64,000 bases of DNA, taken from NCBI RefSeq assembly GCF_032444005.1, contig NC_091290.1, positions 131,626,001 through 131,690,000 on the forward strand. Reading direction: 5' to 3'. Position numbers and translations under genes: made by a program. Origin of the DNA: Ranitomeya imitator. Its lineage: Eukaryota. The notes under the pieces are model-generated. The model searched no databases, was not told the DNA's origin, and saw only the letters and a program-made list of their open reading frames with translations. This document shows, piece after piece, positions 11,951-23,000 of this stretch. Every line of letters begins with the position of its first letter. Position 1 is the first letter of the stretch.

Positions 11951-13530
11951 CAGGTCCTTCTCAAAAAATTAGCATATAGTGTTAAATTTCATTATTTACC
12001 ATAATGTAATGATTACAATTAAACTTTCATATATTATAGATTCATTATCCACCAACTGAAATTTGTCAGGTCTTTTATTGTTTTAATACTGATGATTTTG
12101 GCATACAACTCCTGATAACCCAAAAAACCTGTCTCAATAAATTAGCATATCAAGAAAAGGTTCTCTAAACGACCTATTACCCTAATCATCTGAATCAACT
12201 AATTAACTCTAAACACATGCAAAAGATACCTGAGGCTTTTATAAACTCCCTGCCTGGTTCATTACTCAAAACCCCCATCATGGGTAAGACTAGCGACCTG
12301 ACAGATGTCAAGAAGGCCATCATTGACACCCTCAAGCAAGAGGGTAAGACCCAGAAAGAAATTTCTCAACAAATAGGCTGTTCCCAGAGTGCTGTATCAA
12401 GGCACCTCAATGGTAAGTCTGTTGGAAGGAAACAATGTGGCAGAAAACGCTGTACAACGAGAAGAGGAGACCGGACCCTGAGGAAGATTGTGGAGAAGGA
12501 CCGATTCCAGACCTTGGGGAACCTGAGGAAGCAGTGGACTGAGTCTGGTGTGGAAACATCCAGAGCCACCGTGCACAGGCGTGTGCAGGAAATGGGCTAC
12601 AGGTGCCGCATTCCCCAGGTAAAGCCACTTTTGAGCTACAGAGAAGCAGCACTGGACTGTTGCTAAGTGGTCCCAAGTACTTTTTTCTGATGAAAGCAAA
12701 TTTTGCATGTCATTCGGAAATCAAGGTGCCAGAGTCTGGAGGAAGACTGGGGAGAAGGAAATGCCAAAATGCCTGAAGTCCAGTGTCAAGTACCCACAGT
12801 CAGTGATGGTGTGGGGTGCCATGTCAGCTGCTGGTGTTGGTCCACTGTGTTTCATCAAGGGCAGGGTCAATGCAGCTAGCTATCAGGAGATTTTGGAGCA
12901 CTTCATGCTTCCATCGGCTGAAATGCTTTATGGAGATGAAGATTTCATTTTTCAGCACGACCTGGCACCTGCTCACAGTGCCAAAACCACTTGTAAATGG
13001 TTTACTGACCATGGTATTACTGTGCTCAATTGGCCTGCCAACTCTCCTGACCTGAACCCCATAGAGAATCTGTGGGATATTGTGAAGAGAAAGTTGAGAG
13101 ACGCAAGACCCTACACTCTGGATGAGCTTAAGGCCGCTATTGAAGCATCCTGGGCCTCCATAACATCTCAGCAGTGTCACAGGCTGATTGCCTCCATGCC
13201 ACGCCGCATTGAAGCAGTCATTTCTGCCAAAGGATTCCCGACCAAGTATTGAGTGCATAACTGAACATTATTATTTGTTGGTTTTTTTGTTTGTTATTAA
13301 AAAACACTTTTATTTGATTGGATGGGTGAAATATGCTAATTTATTGAGACAGGTTTTTTTGGTTATCAGGAGTTGTATGCCAAAATCATCAGTATTAAAA
13401 CAATAAAAGACCTGACAAATTTCAGTTGGTGGATAATGAATCTATAATATATGAAAGTTTAATTGTAATCATTACATTATGGTAAATAATGAAATTTAAC
13501 ACTATATGCTAATTTTTTGAGAAGGACCTG
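11951..13530 (+). mobile_element. Tc1/mariner (DD34E) DNA transposon, IR-DR type, 1580 bp
   Basis: TA TSD at 11949-50 and 13531-32; ~200-bp TIRs (11951-12150, 13331-13530) with about one mismatch by eye; inner and outer direct repeat aaattagcatat. Confidence 0.95.
12280..13252 (+). pseudogene. Tc1 transposase, frameshifted by a small deletion at ~12634/12635
   Basis: MGKTSDL.. paired-like HTH region (ORF 12217..12666), then WTVAKWSQVLFSDESKF..VMVWGAM..FQHD-34aa-E..KGFPTKY* in a second frame (ORF 12707..13252). Confidence 0.92.
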
Positions 13531-13667
13531 TAGATAATAAATAGATAATAGATGGATACATGATAGATAGATAATAAATAGATAATAGATAGATGGTAGA
13601 TAATAAATAGATAATAGAAAGATAGATAATAGATGATGGATAATAGATGATAAATGATAGATAGATA

Positions 13668-13705
<38 letters not shown>

Positions 13706-14119
13706 TATAGATAGATAGGGGTGGCACTCGCACCCGGGCCCTGGAGACTAGGGGGCCCTAAAAGTCCCTTTGATCTATAGAAAAAGACTATTGCTATTAA
13801 AGATTTAAAATATTTGGGGGCCCCGTTGACGCTTTTGCATCGGGGCCCATGAGTTTCAAGTTACGCCACTGTTGGTAGATAATAGACTGATAGATAATAG
13901 ATAGATAATAGATAGAGATAGAGATAGATAATAGACTGATAGATGTTTTCCTTTCTTGCTGACATTAGTGACTATAATATAATGGCTGTTTCTCCCTGTA
14001 CAGATCATCTCTTTTCTCCTTTTTGTCCTCCCCGGTGTCTCCATCTCTTTCATCCTCCGCTTCCTATTGATGCCGGTCGGGGGGTTGTAGGAGCAGGCAG
14101 GATCCTTTGTTTCATGTGC

Positions 14120-15090
14120 CCCTTCCTTCCTTCACTCCTTCCTTCTTTCCTTCTCTCCTTCCTTCTCTCCTTCCTCCTCTCCTTCCTTCTCTCCTTCCTC
14201 CATCCTTCCTTCTCTCCTTCCTCCTCGCCTTCCTCCATCCTCTCCTTCCTTCTCTCCTTCCTCCATCCTCCCNNNNNNNNNNNNNNNNNNNNNNNNNNNN
14301 NNNNNNNNNNNNNNNNNNNNNNNNNNNNNNNNNNNNNNNNNNNNNNNNNNNNNNNNNNNNNNNNNNNNNNNNNNNNNNNNNNNNNNNNNNNNNNNNNNNN
14401 NNNNNNNNNNNNNNNNNNNNNNNNNNTCTCCTTCCTCCTCTCCTTCCTTCTCTCCTTCCTCCTCTCATTCCTTCTCTCCTTCCTCCCTTCTCTCCTTCCT
14501 CCTCTCCTTCCTCCATCCTCCCTTCTCTCCTTCCTCCATCCTCCCTTCTCTCCTTCCTCCTCTCCTTCCTTCTCTCCTTCCTTCCTTCTCTCCTTCCTTA
14601 TCTCCTCCCTTCTTTCCTTCCTTATCTCCTCCCTTCTCTCCTTCCTTCTCTCCTTCCTTCTCTCCTTCCTTCTCTCCTTCCTCCTCTCCTTCCTTCCTTC
14701 TCTCCTTCCTTCTCTCCTTCCTCCATCCTCCCTTCTCTCCTTCCTCCTCTCCTTCCTTCTCTCCTTCCTTCCTTCTCTCCTTCCTTATCTCCTCCCTTCT
14801 CTCCTTCCTTCTCTCCTTCCTTCTCTCCTTCCTCCTCTCATTCCTTCTCTCCTTCCTCCCTTCTCTCCTTCCTCCTCTCCTTCCTCCATCCTCCCTTCTT
14901 TCCTTCCTCCATCCTCCCTTCTCTCCTTCCTCCTCTCCTTCCTTCTCTCCTTCCTCCCTTCTCTCCTTCCTCCTCTCCTTCCTCCCTTCTCTCCTTCCTC
15001 CTCTCCTTCCTCCATCCTCCCTTCTCTCCTTCCTCCTCTCCTTCCTCCTTCCTCCATCCTCCCTTCTCTCCTTCCTCCATCCTCCCTTCT
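14120..15090. repeat. Polypyrimidine (CT-rich) low-complexity repeat containing an assembly gap
   Basis: (CTCCTTC/CTTCT)n; N run at 14273-14426. Confidence 0.9.
14273..14426. other. Assembly gap (154 N)
   Basis: N run. Confidence 1.
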
Positions 15091-17027
15091 CCCCCCATAC
15101 TTCCAGCCTCGGTCTCTTTGCTCCCTGCCATCCCCCTCTCCTCCATCCTTCCCACAGGTTTGCTGTGATCCAGTCTCCAGGAGGGCAGGGTCCATACTGA
15201 ATATAAGGGGGGGATTAGTCTTGTAGATTTCCGCACAGGAAACACCTTTTTGCCATCTGCTTTTGTCGTTGGCGTCTTTGGCTGATGCTGCTCCTTCCTT
15301 CTCCATCCTTGGCCTGATCTTCATGGGGACAGGACCCCTTCTGCTCGTCTCCGCTGGTGAGTAGGGAAGACGCTGATTGTTAGGACAATGGATGGTCCAT
15401 GCAGGTTTTATAGTGCGGGCCTGGATGGTGGGATGTGGTGGGTTAACCCTTACTAAGCCTGTGCAGACAGTGACGTCCTCTTCCATAGAAGCAGGGATGA
15501 CTATAGACCTGCCGAGACCCCTATATACCATGTTCTGCACATTTACCACCGGGGTGGGTGGGACTCTTTAATAAACAAGAGAACCTATTACCCTATCAGG
15601 GCGGAGGTTTATCTGCGTTTTTTATTGGGATTATAAGATCTCTGCTTGCTGTCAGTGAATGGAAACATTTATAGCCCTATAAAGATGAATTAAAGGGTAG
15701 ACATTGTGACAAGACGTGCGAAAAGCTTAGGAGGTGTAAACGGACAAGCAAGGAGCCTCCTCCCTAGCAAAAAATGTGTCTGTGATCATCACTGGGGGTC
15801 TTTCTTTACTCCCCTCCAGAGGAGACGTGACATCTCAATGTGTATCCTCAGCAACCAATCACATGGCGTCTTGTATGGTGACATTTCGGGACGATGTAAC
15901 ATGATGCTTGGGGACCCCAATGCAAAGTTTTCAACTGGTCCCCCAACTATCATGGGCCTTTAATAGTATTGGTCTTCTCATAAGCTTCAGATCCCAAATG
16001 CAACCCCCACACCCAGCATAGTAATGGCCCATAAAGAACCAGGTTACCAGATTAGGGAGCGTGGCGCTCCTGATGTACCCATGTCAGAGAATGTTCTCAT
16101 TCACTGACAGCAACAAGGGACCTTGAAATAAGACCGGGTAAAGGGATACATATGATTGTTTTTACTCCATCAATCAGGTTGCAACAAAACTGATGGTGGT
16201 TCTAGTGTCATATTCTTGTACTGATGTTGTCTCTGATTCCATATTCCGGTACTGATGGTGGTTCTGGTGACGTATTCCTATACTCAAGGTGGTTCTGATG
16301 ATATATTCACACATGATGGTGATGGCTGTTCTTAGGCTATGTTCATGTACTAATTATAATTGTGGTGATGTATTTATGTAGTGATGGTGGTTCTTTTGCT
16401 ATGTTAAACACCTGAACGATCATCGGTACATGAATATAAAACCAAAACCATAATCAGTACATAAATAGAACACCAGAGCCATGAACAGTACGTAAATACA
16501 TCACCAGAACCATAATCGGTACATAAATAGGTCACTAGAACCACCATCAGTACATGAATACATCGCCAGAACCAGCATCAGTATATTAATGAGTCACCAG
16601 AACCTCAATCAGTACATTAATACATCATGAGTAACACTGTCAGTAAATAAATGCAGTAAGGCAGCGGGGAGCCGGCTGTCAATCAGCATGACCTCAGCAA
16701 AGCGGAGAGGAAGAGAAGTCGCATCGACAGCAGAAGCCGCTGAATTTCTGGCAGAAGTGGTCTGGGGCGGCAGAGATCTGCACTGGGCAGAACAGGCAGA
16801 GAGTTAGGAATTTCCTGCCTGTTAGTTTTTAGGCCCATTGTTAAAAAAAAAATGTCCTGGATAACCCTTTTAATCAATTAAGTCTCTGATTTATGTCTTG
16901 TATTTGCTGTTTTGGTTTTGCTTAGCTCTTCACAGGAGCAGAGAAAATCAGCCGGACAGACAGGAGGAGTCTTCTATCACTGAGCAGAGGACCTCGAGTG
17001 ACCTCACTGCTCCTCCAGATAGATTAC

Positions 17028-17052
17028 ATGTCAATCAAGGTGACATGCACAA
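17028..17052 (+). CDS. BEAN1: BEAN1 first coding exon (exon probably starts at 16936 in the 5'UTR)
   Basis: cacag acceptor at 16931-35; ATG TCA ATC AAG GTG ACA TGC ACA A|gtaggt; phase 1 fits the next exon. Confidence 0.75.
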
Positions 17053-20000
17053 GTAGGTGACTCTGGAGGTGGCCGCTCGGCAGATCTGTATATGTACCAT
17101 GTATAATGCAAATCTGATGAAAACAATGCCAGTCTATATGGAAGATCCATCACATGACTAACAAAACTATTCACCCCCATTGCACAGTTTATGGTTTATT
17201 AACAAAGTTTACAAACTTTCTGCTGTTTGCAATAAAACAATGAAAAGAACAATTAAATATGTCAACACAACTAATATAACAAGTGGTTGTTCCAAATTTA
17301 GCACAAAATGTCACTTTTACTGACTGCTGAACTTTCACAATTTATTCAAATGTTTTAGTACTTAGTAAAGTCCCTCTGGCTGTTATAACCTGCTGCAGAC
17401 ATGATGCATAGCCGGACCCAGCCTTCCTGGGGAATCTGAAGTTATTTCACATGAGCTTTGGCTTCTAGGTCATCATCAAGCCACTCCCATGCTTCACACT
17501 AGACATCGCCAAGCCACTGCCATGCTTCTCTGTAGATATCACTAAGCCACCGCCATGCTTCACACTAGACATCGCGAAGCCACCACCATGCTTCACACTA
17601 GACATCGCCAAGCCACCGCCATGCTTCTCTGTAGATATCACTAAGCCACCGCCATGCTTCACACTAGACATCGCCAAGTCACCGCCATGCTTCACACTAG
17701 ACATCGCCAAGCCACCGCCATGCTTCTCTGTAGATATCACTAAGCCACCGCCATGCTTCACACTAGTCATCGCCAAGCCACCACCATGCTTCACACTAGA
17801 CATCGCCAAGCCACCGCCATGCTTCTCTGTAGATATCACTAAGCCACCGCCATGCTTCACACTAGACATCGCCAAGTCACCGCCATGCTTCACACTAGAC
17901 ATCGCCAAGCCACCGCCATGCTTCTCTGTAGATATCACTAAGCCACCGCCATGCTTCACACTAGTCATCGCCAAGCCACCACCATGCTTCACACTAGACA
18001 TCGCCAAGCCACCGCCATGCTTCTCTGTAGATATCACTAAGCCACCGCCATGCTTCACACTAGACATCGCCAAGCCACCGCCATGCTTCTCTGTAGATAT
18101 CACTAAGCCACTGCCATGCTTCACACTAGACATCGCCAAGCCACCGCCATGCTTCACACTAGACATCGCCAAGCCACCACCATGCTTCACACTAGACATC
18201 ACCAAGCCACCGCCATGCTTCTCTGTACATATCACTAAGCCACTGCCATGCTTCACACTAGACATCGCCAAGCCACCGCCATGCTTCACACTAGACATCG
18301 CCAAGTTACCACCATGCTTCACACTAGACATCACCAAGCCACCGCCATGCTTCTCTGTACATATCACTAAGCCACCGCCATGCTTCACACTAGACATCGC
18401 CAAGTCACCGCCATGCTTCACACTAGACATCACTAACCCACCGCCATGCTTCACACTAGACATCACTAAGCCACCGCCATGCTTCACACTAGACATCGCC
18501 AAGCACCGCCATGCTTCACTGTAGACATCACTAAGCCACCACCATGATTTACTGTATACATCACATGCTTCACTGTTGGGATCACTGAGCCACTGACATG
18601 CTTCACTGTAAATATCACCAAGCCACCACCATGCTTCAGTGTAGGTATCATTAAGCCACGGCTCTCTGTAGGCATCACCAAACCACCACCCTCCTTCACT
18701 GTTGTCATCACCGAGCCCTTGTCATGTTTTACTGTAGACAACATTGAGGCGCTGCTGTGCTTCACTGTATGTATCATTGAACTGCTATCATCCTTCACCG
18801 TTGTCATCACGCTTCACTATATGCATCAGTGAGTTACCGCCATGCTTCACTGTGTGCGTCATTGTTTTGTAACGGATTCAAAAGGATTGTGATGAATAAT
18901 AAATGCTCACACGAAAATTGAGTAAACTAAAATTAATTAATGATAAGATTAAACAATAAAGTAAAAACAATACATGTGCATCAAAACAAGCATTATTCAT
19001 ACATTACATTATTATGGTAGAAGTCATCAGGCTGTCTCTGTCTCTGCATGCCACATCTCCCCACCAATCTGTCCAGGAAGCAAGAGACCGACCAAAGCAT
19101 ACCCTTGTCTATTTAGGCAGAATACAGCAAGCTGGATGAGGGCGGCTCATGTGGNNNNNNNNNNNNNNNNNNNNNNNNNNNNNNNNNNNNNNNNNNNNNN
19201 NNNNNNNNNNNNNNNNNNNNNNNNNNNNNNNNNNNNNNNNNNNNNNNNNNNNNNNNNNNNNNNNNNNNNNNNNNNNNNNNNNNNNNNNNNNNNNNNTATT
19301 TAATTAAACCCTAACCATTAAGAATAACTCTTACTGTACAGTCATTGAGCCACTGCCATGCTTCACTGTAGGCAGGGTATTTTTGTTAACATATGCTTCA
19401 TTCTGCCTCTTTCAGACATAGCGCTTATCCATGGACCCAAAAAGTTTTTCATTTCTTTGCACCAAAAAAAACAGAATCCCCAAACTTATGTGACTTATTT
19501 ATAAGGTTTTGAGAATATTGGAGGCTAAGTTTCTCCTGTTTTTGTGTCAGTAGAGCTGTACATCTTGGAATCCAGGCATGGAGGACTTCAGTGTTTAGCA
19601 TGTTCCTCAATGTGCCACCACCTCTTGCTGCAGTACTTTTACAGTCAATCGAGGGTTTATGACCAGCAGTCTCCTCAGGAATCTGATAGCAGCTGGTGAC
19701 CACTTCCGCTTTCTGCCATATCCCAGTAGTGTAGTCTGTGTTCCTATGCTTCCAGCACTTTAGGAACATGCTGTACTTTAGGTCTCTTTTTCCTTGTCTA
19801 AGCAAAAAAATCATCTCTTCTCTTCACTTTTTGGACCATTCAAAAAACCCCAGTTGGCAAAGCAGTTATAGCTTAAGTGAGTTGCGCCCCCTGCAGGAGA
19901 AATGTAGTATTACATGACATCCATTTGACCACAATTTATATGGACAGGCTGAGACTTTATAAAAGGCTCTCCCCCTGCTCCTTCATCGCCTCTTTCATGT

Positions 20001-23000
20001 CCTCTCAGCATTGGGCTTCATTCTAAATCTTGTTTTTGGTGCTTAATGTGATCAATCCCAGGGTGCAGAAGACAGCAAAAACCAGCAGATGCCAACTTAT
20101 CCCTCCGAGGATTTGCAGCAACAAAAAGCTATTTTTTTACGTAATTAGCAGGGCAATTTTATAATGGAATTAATTAATGGCAGCACTTAGCAGCTGGTAT
20201 GAGAAAAAAATTACAAGTGTAAGGATTTGCGTTATCTCTGACTTGTAATGTCCAAATGGGCTTATAAAATGAGAATAAATGGCCGAGCAAGGAAAATAAT
20301 GGCAGAGACGTTCCTGTAAAAGGGAAGAGTCCCTATGAATAAAGGAGCAAAAAGGCTCAGCTTCAAATTCCGATGACATCACGTAGGCTTATGATGTCAT
20401 CGAGTCCTTATCTGCTCATTCGTTCAGCTCTTTGGCACCTTAAAATATTCCGTTTGCAGCTCCATACAACATTTTTTTAGTTATCGGGGTGCTGAGATAT
20501 GAGGAGATGTTTGAAATCGTCCTCAAATTTAGCAAAATAATGACAATAATAGCAGCTGTTGGAAAAATAACAAAGATTGGGCATATTGACATTAACATGT
20601 CCTATCATTATTTCTGTAGGGATGTAGCAGCTAATAAGGAAAGTAAGAATGGGGCATGGTCAGTTTCTATATCTCCAATCATTATTTCTGTAGGGATGTA
20701 CGGTGGCTTGCAAAAGTATTTACCCTCTTGGCATTTTTTCATGTCTTGCTACCTCCCAACCTGGAATTTTACTGTTTTTTTTGTAGGTTTACATCAGTTC
20801 ATGTAAAGAACATGCCTTCAACTGTCTTGTTTGGAGACCACCTTGTTCTTCAGGGTGTTGTTTGGAGATCTCCTTGGTCTTCATGGTGTTGTTTGGAGAT
20901 CTCCTTGGTCTTCATGGTGTTTGCTTGGAGATCTCCTTGGACTTCATGGTGTTTTGGGGGACCTCTGAGATCTTCATGGTATTGTTTGGAGATCTCCCTG
21001 GACTTCATGGTGTTGTTTGGAGATCTCCTTCATCTTCATGGTGTTAATTGGAGATCTCTGTGATCTTCATGGTGTTGTTTGGATATCTCCTTGGTCTTCA
21101 TGGGATTATTTGGAGATCTCCTCGGTATTCATTGTGTTGTTTGGAGATCTCCTTGATCTTCATGGTGTTGTATGGAAATCTCAGTGGTCTTCATGGTGCT
21201 GTTTGGAGATCTCCTCGGTATTCATTGTGTTGTTTGGAGATCTCCTTGGTCTTCATGGTGTTGTTTGGAGATCTCCTTGGTCTTCATGGTGTTTGCTTGG
21301 AGATCTCCTTGGACTTCATGGTGTTTTGGGGGACCTCTGAGATCTTCATGGTATTGTTTGGAGATCTCCCTGGACTTCATGGTGGTGTTTGGAGATCTCC
21401 TTCGTCTTCATGGTGTTAATTGGAGATCTCTGTGATCTTCATGGTGTTGTTTGGATATCTCCTTGGTCTTCATGGGATTATTTGGAGATCTCCTCGGTAT
21501 TCATTGTGTTGTTTGGAGATCTCCTTGATCTTCATGGTGTTGTATGGAAATCTCAGTGGTCTTCATGGTGCTGTTTGGAGATCTCCTTGGCTTCATGGTG
21601 TTTTGGGGGATCTCTGTAGTCTTCATGGTGTTGTTTGGAGATCTCCTTGGTCTTCACGGTGTTGTTTGGAGATCTCCTTGGTCTTCACGGTGTTTGGAGA
21701 TCTTCTTGGTCTTCACGGTGTTGTTTGGAGATCTCCTTGGTCTTCACGGTGTTGTTTGGAGATCTCCTTGGTCTTCATGGTGGAGTTTGGTTAGTGGAGC
21801 CTCTTGTTAATGGTGTTGCAGCCTCTGGACAAAAAACTATCATGATAATAAATCTGTCCAATGTGCAGGAAACATGTTATAGAGTCGGATGAGTTAAACA
21901 GATTAATATATTATTTTGTGGGTAAAAAATCATTATAACTTGTAATTTATTGCTCTAAACTTCTCTTTCTATGCTTAGGAGTCCAGTGGGTGGTACATCT
22001 CACTGAGTAGGACCACCCACTGGGCACTTTAGCATAGAAAAAACAGCTTTTTAATTAATTAAATACAAGCTCTTTTGAAAATTTAATTATAAAACTATAT
22101 ATTAATCTTCCCAGCTCCTCCTGCTCTATAGGATGGTTTGGTCGTTTCACAAAAATAGAAATGCGATAAAAAATTATTAGAAGACAGCCGGACCTTGTTA
22201 TTACGTCAGCAGCTTTATCGCAAAGGGAATCAGCCATTTATGTGATTGAGTCCGAAGAATTAAGGTTCAGCTCCATCTTTCGGACGCCGCGGTGAAGCGT
22301 AACCAATTATTATCTTTAGGAATGAATTGTTTCAAAGACGAGTGAAAGGGCTTATCACCATGCTGGAAGGGGCAATTAAAAATATTCACTTCTGGTCAGA
22401 AATGACTTCTCAAGGTTCCTTGTAATCTCGCCTCGCCTGTCACTCAGACATTTGATGGACGCATTTCTAAATCAGAAACCACAATCTTTATATAGAGCCT
22501 GAAGACGCAGCTCTGTATGGAAACGGGTCTGAAAAAAAGAAAAAGAAATGTAGACAGGTGTCATGATGTATTGAGGATAATGGAGAAAAAATATGTATAT
22601 TTTCCTGCAAAGTTTTCGGAATGGTGCATGCAAAGTAGCTCATACCAGCCAAAAGGGTTTAAAGGGTTTTTTTTGGGACAGGAATATGTAGGTCGAATAG
22701 GCTGTGGTGCTCCATACCGGCCAAACCAGAGACCCACTACCATACGGCACTGTTATGGGGCGGCCTTACCCCTCATCATTACATAACAGGATACTGGGTG
22801 GACGGATGAGATGCTTGAAAGCCAGTATCTTCTCTAGTGCCCCGTACTGTACTGATGAGGGGCAAGAACCCTGTAACATTGCTCCATACAGTTTGGCTTC
22901 TAAGGGCTACTTTCCATATTTTTTTCAATTTCCATACCAATTTGGATTTCTTTAATGAGAACCCAGTACCCATTCTCTGTTTTGTGCATGAAATTGAGGG

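Larger units (their letters stand above)
17150..19950 (-). mobile_element. Decayed Tc1-like element (ends approximate), split by an internally born minisatellite and a gap
   Basis: Minus strand: [26 protein letters not shown] at ~19340-19430, [12 protein letters not shown] at ~17355-17400, TIR-like aaaactattcaccccc at ~17163. Confidence 0.7.

Noticed and set aside
13943-15549. Long Pro/Ser/Leu-rich and Arg/Glu/Gly-rich ORFs
   Set aside because: These are translations of CT-rich low-complexity DNA that spans an N gap.
17465-18502. 345-aa repetitive ORF as a genuine protein-coding gene
   Set aside because: It is open only because the 33-bp unit has no stop in that frame. It is Tc1-derived, intronic and antisense to BEAN1, with no splice or promoter support seen.
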